This document shows, piece by piece, positions 1 to 11,150 of a DNA stretch of 64,000 nucleotides; positions within the stretch are counted from its first letter, which is position 1; every line of letters starts with the position of its first letter. The position numbers and the translations under genes are program-made. The notes under the pieces were generated by a model that searched no databases, was not told the DNA's origin, and was given only the letters and a program-made list of their open reading frames with translations. Source of the stretch: Sphyrna mokarran (Eukaryota); assembly GCA_024679065.1 (NCBI GenBank), contig JAGIQG010000040.1:5766001-5830000 (forward strand). Reading direction: 5' to 3'.

Positions 1-575
1 GTACATTGGGGAGACCATGCAGGCGCTATGACAATGGATGAATGAACATCGCTGGACAATCACCAGCAAGACTGTTCCCTTCCTGTTAGCGAACACTTCA
101 GTGGTCACGGGCATTCGGCCTCTGATCTTCGGGTAAGCATTCTCCAAGGCGGCCTTCATCACACACGATAGCACAGAATCGCTGAGCAGAGACTGATAGG
201 CAAGTTCTGCACACACGAGAACAGCCTCCACGGGGATTTTGGGTTCATGTCACACTATCTGTAACCCCCATGACTTGCCTGAAATTGCAACATTTCACTT
301 ACTGTGCTGTCTGGAGACAGTACACATCTCTTTAACCTATGCTTAATGATATCTCCACTCATATCGTCTGCACACTTAAGACTTGAATCACAGGTTCGTT
401 GTAAAGACTCGCATTCTCGTTAGTATTCTGTAAACTGTGTGTGCCTTTATATGCCCTTTTCTGATCAGAACTTTCCATACAACTGACGAAGGAACAACAT
501 TTCCAAAAGCTTGTGGGTTTACTATCACATAAATTGCTTGGACTTCAGCCTGGTGTTGTGAGACTTCTTACTGTG
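1..575 (+). mobile_element. Penelope-like retroelement 3' fragment (GIY-YIG endonuclease C-terminus plus 3' UTR), degenerate
   Basis: Translation YIGETMQAL*QWMNEHRWTI...SEHFSGHGHSASDLRVSILQGG...AEQRLIGKF..H resembles the PLE GIY-YIG domain; hammerhead-like motif at 483-515. Mirror at about 62842-63500. Confidence 0.8.
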
Positions 576-576
576 C

Positions 577-805
577 TGGTATAATCAGCAGGCCTGGAAA
601 GCTCCAGTGTACATCGTTCTTTTTATTGGAGAGAATGTGCAAGGGAGCAGCCACCTTCTAAGATAAAATTTCTTCCAAATTTGATAAAAATAACAAGACT
701 ACAAAGCTAACGATCAGCTATACCGTGATCTCCGATAACGTCCGATATCCCTGTGCCATGAAGTCCATACTGCTGCAGAGATATAACGCATGCCGTACAA
801 AAACC
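577..805 (+). pseudogene. TCR V pseudogene V0-A (5'-truncated) with RSS
   Basis: WYNQQAWKAPVYIV...(stop/frameshift)...FDKNNKTTKLTISYTVISDNVRYPCAMK, then heptamer CATACTG (766-772), 24-nt spacer and perfect nonamer ACAAAAACC (797-805). Confidence 0.75.
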
Positions 806-830
806 CCATATTGACAATTCCAGTTAGTTC

Positions 831-844
831 CCAGCAGGGCGCGC
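831..844 (+). promoter_or_regulatory. CTCF-like motif 25 bp downstream of V0 RSS
   Basis: CCAGCAGGGCGCGC versus core consensus CCASYAGRKGGCRS, preceded by upstream-module-like TGACAATTCC. Mirror at 62574-62587. Confidence 0.5.
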
Positions 845-1244
845 ACACGCGCGGCTAATTCACATTCCGCAGTGAGAGTGCCAGAGGTTCATTAAAGTGC
901 AACAAAACACAACACTCAAAAACAGCAATTGACTGGTACAGTTTCACAATAACATTAGTGATTTTAACTTACAGTTGTAATGGATACAACAGCGACAAAT
1001 CCATCTGAGATTCCTTAACTCCCTTGTTTTGCTTTTCATGCATTTCTCTGCCCATTTGCCCCTAACTGTTCTTGCCTTTCCTGATTTATGGAAATTGCAC
1101 GCATTTCCCTTTCCCAGTCTCTAACATAAACATTTAAGGCTTATATTAATTGAGAACTTCTCCAATACATCTGCTCAGCTTAATGGTGTCACTTCCCATC
1201 CACATCACTGATGAAGATTTTGCATAGTGTTGAATCATTTACGA

Positions 1245-1520
1245 ACCCTGACACTGCTGGTGCGACCCTGCTAGTCCTACCGCTATTACTAAGAGGCAAA
1301 GTTATAGAATTCCAATATGACATTATTATTGAGTTCAAATCTCTCCAGACTAATTCTACCTGTGAAGACACTGTTTATGATAGCCCCACCCACAGGTTTC
1401 CTGTGCTGTTCTCACCCTGATCCGTCTCACCTGTGTTGTTTTATTAGAGGTTTTATTGGAGCTATTGATCTTTTCTGCTTTTCCCTGTTCGGCATTCTTT
1501 GGATCAGTCGTCCAATTGGG
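1245..1520 (-). pseudogene. Possible highly decayed V relic
   Basis: Fragments DPKNAEQGKAEKINSS (FR1-like), GRISLERFELNNNVILEF and LSNSGR (FR3-like), followed by heptamer-like CAGCAGTG. No intact Cys or Trp. Mirror at about 61900-62170. Confidence 0.25.
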
Positions 1521-2690
1521 AGGCAAACTATATTCCCACTTTAAAAGAGGTTTTCGCACACTACAAAGTTACAAATTGAGGGAACATCGTATGGAAATAT
1601 CTCAGGCCATTCATTATTCTATCACTTCCTATGAAGTGAAGTCTTAACTTAAAAAAAAAATTGTCCCCCACCATAACTGTTTTCCCAATATGATTCAAAA
1701 CAAACTGCTTGTTATGTTGTTGTGTTGATGAATATTGTCATTCCCCATGTCAAAACAGAGCCATTAATACTCAGGAGACTAGTCAGTTCCTGAAATGAAG
1801 GTTGAAGGGTAAAGTAATGAAAGTAATCCCCTGCCGTGGGACCAAATTCACTTTGTTCCTTTCATCTCTCCGCCAACAGGGTGAGTTGCAGATAAAGGAA
1901 CGATGAGATCATTGGTTGCATTGAAGAACAAAGAAACGTGAAGGTGATTGGATGTCATCTGATGACATATTCAGCAGTAAACCAATCAACAGGGGCCCGG
2001 ATATGACTCGATCTTTGCCACTTTTGACTAAAAAAAGACTTCAGCTTCAACTCGTTCTGGTCAAATTCGCCGCGAGTCTCTACAAACATGTTTCCTTATA
2101 GTCTGAATTTATTCCTGACAGCGGCAGCACTTTTAACCGGTAGGTTCACAAGTTGATCCGCTCTGTGCTACACAATTTTGCCACACACTACATTCTATCC
2201 TGCTCTTCGCTCAATACGAGGGGTAAGGGGTCAGTTTGTCAGGGAATGAATTGATTTCAACATCGAAAAATTATCAGGATTTCGCTGATCTCAACACCGA
2301 ACAAACTTAGGATTAGGCACAATTCCCACATGGAATGAGTGAGAATGAGTTCGGCTCAGGTTGAAACTCCTCTGATACCAGTGAATAACTTTGGCAAACA
2401 CCACACTTCAAATAGACAGGCCGTGAGCTGTTTCCAGTTATAGGGACTAAAGGCGAGGAACTGATCTCGTTAGAAAGAACAGAATGTTTATGGTGAAAGC
2501 TTTACTTAATCGCCACAACCACTTTTCCTTTCCAGCCGCTGAACGATGAAATATATTTTTGTTGTGCTGTGTGATTTCTTTCTGAGATTATTGCTCAAGA
2601 TTACGATATATTCTGGTGGGGGTGCGGGTAGGTGGGGGAGTCAGAGTGAAATCACATTGTTTAGTTTAGTAATTCTTTGTGTTCTTACAG

Positions 2691-3003
2691 GACACTGTGG
2701 AGGAGATTCTGTTTCACAGACACCGGCTGCAGTCACTATCACTAAAGGAGATGTTGTTCTGTTACTCTGTAATTACACAAGGAGTGCTACAAGTGCTAGC
2801 ACTCCTTATTTATTCTGGTACCGTCAACATTCCAGCGGCTCCATGGAGTTTCTGCTGAGGAGATATAGACACAGCGACAAAACAGAGACATCCACAGGGA
2901 ATCGTTTTTCAGCGGAGCTCAATGAAACATCCCGCACCGTCCCGCTGAAAGTGTCTAAAACAGAGCTGACAGACTCCGGGGTGTATTACTGCGCACTGAG
3001 ACC
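2691..3003 (+). CDS. TRAV: TCR alpha/delta-type V exon V1-A (open frame; leader exon unresolved, candidate ATG at 2546)
   Basis: Acceptor ttcttacAG (2689-2690), then GHCGG-DSVSQTP...LLC...LFWYRQ...DSGVYYCALR with Cys23, Trp41 and Cys104 intact, followed by a 23-RSS. Confidence 0.92.
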
Positions 3004-3042
3004 CACAGAGACACAGAGCTGGGCTGAACCTGTACAAAAACT
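3004..3042 (+). other. 23-spacer recombination signal sequence of V1-A
   Basis: CACAGAG + 23 nt + ACAAAAACT. Confidence 0.92.
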
Positions 3043-3299
3043 CTCAGAGCCTGACTCAACATAACAGAGCGTGAGGCAAACATTATGATCAGACTGAGTC
3101 TGAAATGGAACACGAAATCGTAGTGATTTCTCAATTTTTTATTGAAAATACTTCTATTAATAACAAATATATTGCAAAATTAAAACATCGGGACAAGAGA
3201 ATGAATATGAGAATATTTGTAAAATTTAATGTCCCGAAGGGTTTTATGTAGTAAACGCAGCAGCTATTTTGGAATCAGTATATTATTTCATTCAGTAAT

Positions 3300-3620
3300 A
3301 TTATGGTCTCTATCTGTGTCAGTCATTGTGACTGGTGAACAGATATCGAACAGGATGTTTCTCTTGCTCTTTTTGGAAACAGTGACAATGTAGCACCTCC
3401 TCTGAGAGGGAAGACGGTACCCCAGATTAAACAGGTCATCGAGAGGCTGACAGCTCCTACGTTGCAGCATTTCTAAGCATTGCACTGTCTCCTCGGTAAG
3501 TTCTCGGAGTGTTGTTCCGGATACACTGCCGGTGTCCCCTGAAGTCGAAAGAATCTCTGAAGGGGCTGGAGACGGAATCTGGGAAGTCCCAGTTCGTGGT
3601 GACAACTAATTAACCCAATC
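3300..3620 (-). pseudogene. Decayed V relic
   Basis: Polypyrimidine acceptor tttttcccAG, DSVS(Q)..PSEILSTSGDTGSVS (FR1-like) and YIVTVSKKSKRNILFDICSPVTMTDT (FR3-like). Cys, Trp and RSS are lost. Mirror at about 59806-60125 (+). Confidence 0.4.
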
Positions 3621-4349
3621 TGGGAAAAACAAATTAAAATAATGAAAATGAAATTAAAATAAACATTATCGGTCCCCGTGGAATCAGAAAGACAATGAAC
3701 GCAACCTTTACAAAAGCTATCCCTCGAAAAAACAAAACGTATTCTGACTGATATAGTGCCTTTCACAGACTCCAGAGGTCAAATGCGACTTGCGAACCTA
3801 AGGAATATCATTTCCAGGTGTAGTTGTGATGATGTTACAAACTTTATCACTACAGGAGGCAGTGGGAATGTTTAATTATCAGTTAAAAATTCTAGTCATT
3901 CTGACCCTGGAGTAAAGGGATTGGGGAATCTTAATATGTGCCGGTTACATTGAACTTTGTCACAAATTTGAATAGACACCTTTCTCTCTCTCTTTTCGCC
4001 CATCCTCGCCTTTTCTCTTTCTGTTATATTGAGGAGCCATATTGACGATCCATATTGTTCTAAACATCTTATTCAGACTGCCCAGTGACATTAGAATACA
4101 CTGCTCTATATCGTTCACTCTCTAAGTCCCCCTCCCTAAGTTCCCCCTCCCCCCCCAACCTCCAGAATCAAGTTCTAACACGGCGCTAGGAGACCAGAGA
4201 CTTCCATTCGATTACTCCACGATTATGCCAGGCAAATTACTGCAGTGGCTTTCACTGCTTCCTGCAGTATGTGTGACCAGGAAACTCTCCTCTTCTCACC
4301 AGCTGTCATTAGGTATATCGGAAGAATTGAGAGCCTAATGTTCAACATT

Positions 4350-4512
4350 TGGTGACCAGGTGAAGAACACACCTCAGTCGCCAAAAGGCCGCAAAGCTGT
4401 TTCAAACCCAAAATTTCTTGTCCAAAAGACCTTCTGTGCCGGATCTTCCGTAATTCACTTACAAGCTCTTGCTGTAAATACACTGCGGTTTGTGGTGTGG
4501 AGGCGCACAGAT
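4350..4512 (+). pseudogene. Possible decayed V relic
   Basis: TGG..QVKNTPQ, PKFLVQKT..SSVIHLQALAV, then TAV.CGVEA in a shifted frame followed by CACAGAT. No nonamer. Mirror at about 58915-59080 (-). Confidence 0.25.
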
Positions 4513-4969
4513 ATTTCCTGTAACTCCAGCTGTCACCTGTGACAGGGGGAACTGCCGGATCTACAAGGTTTAGCGAAAGAGGACGTCATCAGTGAAGCAA
4601 TGATCCTCTCCGTTATTCTCGGATATTGTAACATGATATCGCTGGATTTGCATTGCGGCAGTGTATTGTGGGTTTTATTACTTCGATGTTACTACTTTTA
4701 TATCTGATATCATTGTTATTGTTTTCATTTTTCTCCATTTGCTGCTTGATATTGATACAAGATCATTTGTCTCAGTTTTTGAGAAGTCAAAGAGTAATTT
4801 GTATATTTCTACTGTGGGTTTTCTGCAAGTTCTATTATTAGAAAAAATAAAATATATTTTAATTCCATCATATAACTCAGATGAAGAATATTTTCTATCG
4901 ATATTGCTTGAAACATGCTGTCTTCTAAACGCCATGGGATGTTTGGCTCCACAGTCCCCATGTCGAGTG

Positions 4970-5289
4970 TGTCATTGTACAGGATTTGCACCTCTTTGTT
5001 TCACTGTGTCTCACTGCACTGTAATACACCGCAGCATCAAACAGTTCAGCAGTGTTAATAGTGAGACTGGTGGATCCTTTCTCACTGTCCACAGATACTC
5101 TAAACCTTCCCTCAGCTGTTTCAGTTCTGAATGTGGAAACGAGATACTCTGGAACTTGATCGGTGAATTGCCGGTACCAAAATACAACCTCATTCCCAGT
5201 AACAGTAATATTGTGATGAAGAGAGATGGTCTGTCCTTGATTTACCCAATACATCGACATCTGAAATGTCTTCCAGTGACAAGATATAG
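4970..5289 (-). pseudogene. TCR V segment V2-A: open frame but both canonical Cys lost, with 23-RSS
   Basis: Acceptor gttttcatAG; GQTISLHH..VVFWYRQFTDQVPEYLV...GRFRVSVDSEKGSTSLTINTAELFDAAVYYSAVR; CACAGTG (5008-5002) + 23 nt + ACAATGACA. Confidence 0.85.
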
Positions 5290-5764
5290 CTATGAAAACA
5301 AGAACATAATTATTATAAAGATACATTCAGGAATAATTAAATAAAGTTCTTACGCATACTGACAAAAGCAAGTTAACTAACAGTCTATTCAGCTATCTGC
5401 TGCATATGACTCTGAACATTTCTACCTCTTATCAATCTGTCTTCTTACCTTTGTCCTTGTTGATTTATCTTTTTATGGAATATTTTTCTAGATATTTGAC
5501 AGGCAGATTTTTCTGCCTGTTTCTTTAATTTGTTTGCGCGACAATGAAACAATTCTTTTTAACTTTATATGCTTCGATACTCTGCATCTTTAATTGCAGC
5601 TTTGGGATGTTAGAACTATATATTTAGATAGTACATTAAAGATGGGAAAGTAACATTGAAGAATATCAACGACATTTCTCGTTTGCAGAAAGTTTAAAAG
5701 TGCAGCGGAGACAGGGTAGTGAACAGAATAATGTACAGGGGGATCCGCTCTTTGTCTCACTGTG

Positions 5765-6191
5765 TCTGCTTCGCACAGAGATACATCCCAGAGAGCAGGG
5801 CCGTCGCCTCATCTATAGAAATGGTGTAGGAATTCTTTACTCGGTCAAAAGACAGTGTGTAACGTCCTTCAGTCACATTCCCCTGGTAAATGGAAGCGAT
5901 AAATGTCGGAGGTCCTCTCAGTGTTTGTCTGTACCAGGCTACTGTATCGCCTGTAGGGACAGAGAGCCGACACTTGAGTTCAACCCGCTCCCCTTCCCGA
6001 GACACGATCTGCTGAGGATGGGAGCTCTGATCGTCACACCGAACGGCTGTGAACAGAAAAAATCAGTCATTAACTATACGGCATGAAGAGATTGTTAAAA
6101 TAATCCGTCTGGGTAAATCAATAAACTCACACAATATGAGCAGCATCAGAGCTCCAATTGGAAATAGCTCTTTGCGGGGATTTCTCTTCAT
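5765..6191 (-). CDS. TCR V gene V3-A (leader exon 6191-6131, V exon 6046-5765)
   Basis: Leader MKRNPRKELFPIGALMLLIL with phase-1 donor GTGAGT, 84-nt intron and acceptor ttcacAG. V exon ..EGERVELKC..VAWYRQ..GRYTLSFDRVKNSYTISI..SGMYLCAKQ. RSS CACAGTG (5764-5758) + 23 + ACATTATTC (weak nonamer). Confidence 0.85.
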
Positions 6192-7759
6192 GATTGATAA
6201 AGGTGCACAACAGCATCAATCAGGATCAACTTTCAAAACTGGGACTTGCAGCCGAGGCCCAGACTGTGAATGGCGGGGAGGGAGAGGCGAGAGCTTTATA
6301 TTCTCGCCTTCGATGTGAGACCGAAGGGCCACACTGTCACCGATTGGACAATTATGGGATATCGGTATCTGACGTTTCTCACGGTGCCACTCAGCAATTG
6401 GCTGTTTCTCAAACCGGAAACCACTTGAACTGTCACTGCTTCCGAACAACTCCTTCCTCACTGTATCAACAAAGTAAATTGTTTTGCAAGAATTGTGCTC
6501 TGGCGTCTTTCTAATTGAAAAGAGCCGTTCATAATCTTGGAATAGTAAATTGTTATAGCACTAACAGAGACCATTCGGCTCTTGCTCACGTACTGTCTCT
6601 GTTGATGGGTTATCCAGTTATTCTTTATCGGCACTTGCATTCAATGTATCTCATATTCATAAAATTTCTATTTGCTGGTCAAGTATTTATCCACTTACCG
6701 CTGAAAATTACTTATGGTTTGTCCACATTACAACTTGGCATGAGCCATCGCATTCTCTAATAGTGTGCTAATCGCTGTCTTCAGTGCATAAAGAAATTGA
6801 GAAATACCGCCATCCAGTCACGCATTGAGGGACTAGCCGATTGTCTCTGCTCCTTTTCAACCTTTTCCAAACCTGCCTTCATTGGGTACAAGTCTGACAA
6901 TCGCTTCTGAACAGAATTGCTATTCCATAGAAAATACCCGCATTTGCTCAATTCTCCGCTGAGTATAGTGCTCTCTCATTCCTTCACCATCTTTCCCAGT
7001 CTCTCTGAAACACTATCACTGAGATTAATGCTGAAGGTATGAAGAGTTACTCAACGGATCCATGTGTTTGAACTGTGTTCTCAACAATTGTGTGTGCAGG
7101 CTTACATGTGCCCCCTTGTGTTCTGAAACCTGTTTCTTTGTTCAGAAACCTTGGATTCTGTATCCATTTAATGCCATCCACAGTTTGTTCTCCGTTTTTT
7201 GGCTTAAATCTTTCTTTATCGGCGTTACAAAAAAGATTTGTTCTTTGTCCTTTGATTGCATTAACTCTGCAATGAAATGAATATGAAAATACGCTATCAG
7301 GATCATGAGCAAAGCCGAACTTTACCAATAGGGCGATTTCCAATTGCTGGCCTTTCGGTGACACGTTTCAGAAAATTTAAATAACAAGTAAATATTTGTA
7401 ATGTTAAAGAAAAATCACAATCTACTTTGCTAAAGTTTTTCTTTATTTACTCTGGCCTTTAATCTATCTCTCTGTTTTTTTCAGTCTCTTCCACTTCTTT
7501 TTCAATAGTTTCCTCATTTTCTGTCCACTTCTCCATGAAGAGTGAACTTCTCTAATTCCAATTGCTGCTAACTTATTCCGGCTTCTGTGTCCCTTCTCCC
7601 TTCTCCATCTCCGTTTTCATCAATCTTCATTTCTGACGGGATATTAATCAGTAGATTCTATATTTTATTTTGCATTGCTCTCATTTCATTTGTTAATGAA
7701 CCTTTTTTATAATTCCACCACTCTACCGATACTCCAGGGTGTCTCTTGCAGTCGGGGCA

Positions 7760-9012
7760 GGTTTTTGTATGGAACCTCCCTGTGTTTGTCACTTTGTGCC
7801 TCACGGCACAGAGATAGATGGCAGTGTCTGTAACTCCGGCATCTCTCACAGTCAGGGCGCTGAACTTGTTGCCTCCGCCGATTGAGGCAGTGATCCTCTC
7901 GCTTTGATTGGATTCTCTTGTGGCCATCACCAGATACTGCGGTGGCTGATTCGGGGACTGTCTGTACCAATACTCTGTTTTTAGATAGTGAAGAGGGGTG
8001 TTATAGTTTGCAGAGGGACTTAGACAAGTTGCAGAGCTGGGCCGAGAGGTGGCAAATGGAGTTTAATGTGGAAAAGTGTGAGGTAATGCACTATGGCAGA
8101 AATAATAAATGTGTAGAGTAAAGGGCTAATGGTAGGATTCTTAGTAGTTTTGATGAACAGAGGGATCTTGGTGTGTATGTGCATAGATCCCTGAAAGTAG
8201 GCAGTCAAGTCGAGAAGGTTGTTAAGAAGGCATATGGAGTCTTAGCTTTTATTGGTAGGGGGATTGAATTTGGGAGCCGCAACGTCATGTTGCAACTGTA
8301 CAAAACTCTAGTGCGGCCGCACTTGGAGTATTGTGTGCAGTTCTGGTCCCCACATTATAAGAAATATGTGGAGGCATTGGAGAGGGTACAGAGGAGGTTT
8401 ACCAGGATGTTGCCTGGTATGGAGGGCAGGTCTTATGAAGAGAGGCTGAGGGATTTGAGGTTGTTTTCGTTAGAAAGGAGGCGGCTAAGAGGGGACCTAA
8501 TCGAAACATATAAGATGATTAGAGGTTTAGATAGGGTGACAGTGATAGCCTTTTTCCTAGGATGGAGAAAGCTAGCACGAGGGGACACAGCTTTAAATTA
8601 AGGTGTGATAGTTATAGGACGGATATCAGAGGTAGGTTCTTTACCCAAAGGGTGGTTCGGGAGTGGAATGCCCTGCCTGCAGCAGTTGTAGATGCGCCAA
8701 GTTGGTGGCGTTTAAGAGGTTAGTTGATAAGTATATGGAAGAGAAGGGAATGGTTTAGTTTGGAGGGGCATTGCTTTTTATATTGGTCGGCGCAACATCG
8801 AAGGCCGAAGGGCCTGTTCTGTGCTGTAGTGTTCTATGTTCTATGTTCTAATACAAGATGTTAAAAGCAGTGGTCGAGGTACAGTTCATGGGTACGGTTT
8901 CCCCTTCACTCACAACTTTCCACCGAGGGAGCTGCTTCACCTCATCTGCTCCAGTCACCCCAGTGCAGGTCAGAGTGAAAAACAGCAAAGGGAGTCTGTA
9001 AATTCGGAGCAT
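7760..9012 (-). pseudogene. TCR V gene V4-A disrupted by CR1 LINE insertion
   Basis: 5' half MLRIYRLPLLFFTLTCTGVTGADEVKQ...MNCTSTTAFNILY (9012-8855) and 3' half WYRQSPNQPPQYLV...DTAIYLCAVR (7973-7799). RSS CACAAAG + 23 + ACAAAAACC (7798-7760). Intact mirror at 55326. Confidence 0.9.
7974..8849 (+). mobile_element. 5'-truncated CR1-clade (HER1-like) LINE with 5-bp TSD AATAC
   Basis: RT C-terminal motifs LQRDLD..W...WQMEFN and LYKTLVRPHLEYCVQFWSP; 3' tail (TGTTCTA)n; AATAC at 7969-7973 and 8850-8854. Absent from the mirror arm. Confidence 0.92.
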
Positions 9013-9655
9013 TTTACAGATCACATGAACTTCTGCTGAAGCAATTGTCCAGGGAGTTCAGTGTCGAACTGGGATGTGGATATAATCACAAGAAATAATG
9101 AGGATTCACAAACGCGCTCCAGTTGCAACTGAGGCGCCCCTCTGTCGAGCTGATGAAAGAAGCTGAGACTCGCTCACGGATATCGATTCTACCGGAATCT
9201 GAGGTAGAGAATTGAAGCTGGAATAAATAAACCCCATCGGCAACCCCATGTTTCCGGTTACAAACGTCTTCTCACGTGTCTACCTAGGAAACCATTTCGT
9301 CCGATCAGAACACTGACTGAACCCAGCTCAGGGTGAATTCATTCATTGGCAGCCAGCTCACCAACTACTAACCCCACAGCACCATCCCGGACACAGGGAA
9401 ATGCAGTGAGAACCTCCCGAGACACGGCAGGCAGCAAAATACACAGGATGAAGTTTGGAAATTTTGTCTTCAAATATCCAACTCCCCCCGATGCAGAGTG
9501 ACAATGCGGCATTTGGGTTGTTTGAGGAATATTCCTAACGGGGAATTGTGAACCAAACACATTTCATACTTACTTTCATTATATAAACATAGTTTAAAAC
9601 TGAATTTTGCGTATTCAGTCTGTTAGATCTGTCTCCGTTCGGACAATTTTTTAAG

Positions 9656-10282
9656 ATCTGAGTCATGGAGAATCTATTACTCAGTCGCTGTCCTCAGAAC
9701 TAAATACGGAAGGAGAAACACAGACTTTAAATTATGCTTATCATGCTGCAATGAGCAAGTACAATGTGCAGATACATGGATTTGGGCCTGTGTCAGTGGG
9801 AGTTTGCGCATTCTCCCCGTGCTTGCGTGGGTTTTCTCCGGGAGCTCCGTTTTCCTCCTACACCCCAAAGATGTGCTCTTAGGCTAATTGGCAAAACAAA
9901 TTCTCCCTAAATTGTCTCAAATTTGGTTTTTAATCCATAGATCTATAAACATGGACAGGGATCGCGTGTAAAAGTGGGAACATCGAGGTGGCGGCGCGGG
10001 ATCGTTGGGCCGAAGGGCCTGTTCCCCACGCTGTTTTGTTCTTTGTTCTTTGTACAATTTATAGTGATACCGGCAATATCCAGGTACACAGCCCGTGTTT
10101 ATATTGAGGGAAAACTCGATATTTGGTGAAGACATATCCGTTTCTTTGGAGAATTTCGGGCACCGAGCATATTCATCAATTTGTTTACCTCGGGTATGTA
10201 GCTGATTGATGCTGCCCTGTGTTGCTCTGCTATCGCTGGGGCTCACAGTGACGGAAAGCAGTCTGACTATTGTACAAGGACG
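9656..10282 (+). pseudogene. TCR V pseudogene V5-A interrupted by a SINE, with 23-RSS
   Basis: Acceptor ttttttaAG; HGESITQSLSSELNTEGETQTLNY..[SINE]..L**YRQYPGTQPVFILR...IDAALCCSA; CACAGTG (10244-10250) + 23 + ACAAGGACG. Confidence 0.85.
9766..10051 (+). mobile_element. HE1-like SINE with 7-bp TSD GTACAAT
   Basis: Core ggagtttgcgcattctccccgtgcttgcgtgggttttctccggg; CR1-like 3' end ggccgaagggcctgtt + (GTTCTTT)n; TSD at 9759-9765 and 10052-10058. Absent from the mirror arm. Confidence 0.88.
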
Positions 10283-10724
10283 GCATTTAAATATAGTTGA
10301 ACCCCTGTTTGCTGCGGGTTGCACGACATCGTGGGCAAATACAACCGCAATGTGACTGTCAGCCACACAAGAGGTCTCATTAACCTGGGATCAATCCAAG
10401 TATTTCCAGTTTCCTGCTAAGTTAGACATTATGTCTCTATGAGTCTGTGAGATCTCTCAGTAGTGAGCTGGCTGATATTGAAAGAAAACAGTTCGAGCTG
10501 GGCTCATTCAGCATCTCGATAGGGGAACGGGTGCACTGTTCCAAATGATGTTACAGGAATGAAACACTGCTCTGTTAATTAGTAGCTGCAAATTCTGGGT
10601 TACTCATAGTAACACAAACGTTCCAGCATTAAGGGAACATTCTGAGGTTAACTGATCATTGGGGGAATTCTATTCTCAATATCTATTCTGAAGGTAGTAA
10701 GACGTTTCTCAACACCAGCGAGGA

Positions 10725-11150
10725 GATCATTCAGACGCTACAACGAAGGAACACCGCTCGATAGTCACCAGGCAGGAGTGTTCCCTTTCTGTCAAGGAAT
10801 ACTTCAGCAGTCACAGGCATTCAGCTTCTGAAATTTGGGTAACCGTTCTCCAAGGTGGTCTTCACGACACACGACAACGTAGAATCGCTGAGCAGAAACT
10901 AATAGCCAAGTTCCGCACACATAAGAACTCAACCAGCATCTTGGATTCATGTCACACTAGCTGTAACCCCCACGACTTTCCTGGGCTTGGAAAATCTCAC
11001 TAACTCTCCTGGCTGGAGACAATACACATCTCTTTAACTTGTGCTTGGCCGCCTCTCCACTCACACTGTCTGTACCTTTAAGATTTGATTACATGTGAAG
11101 ATCGCATCCCAACAATTACCTTGGTAAATTGAGTTTTTGTCTGTATATGA
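10725..11150 (+). mobile_element. Penelope-like GIY-YIG fragment
   Basis: Homologous to 1-450 (EHR..ITRQECSLSV.EYFSSHRHS.S..LQGGLHDTRQRRIAEQKLIAKFRTH). Mirror at about 53500-53935 (ORF 53615-53908). Confidence 0.8.

Noticed and set aside
4661-5344. 227-aa plus-strand ORF
   Set aside because: Antisense to V2-A, no recognisable domain, and not preserved in the mirror arm.
6200-7330. Two further possible V relics on the minus strand (VNAIKGQRTNLFCN; KQFTLLIQ...CACCGTG)
   Set aside because: Only isolated motif fragments with no Trp, YxC or nonamer at the correct spacing; too weak to call by eye.
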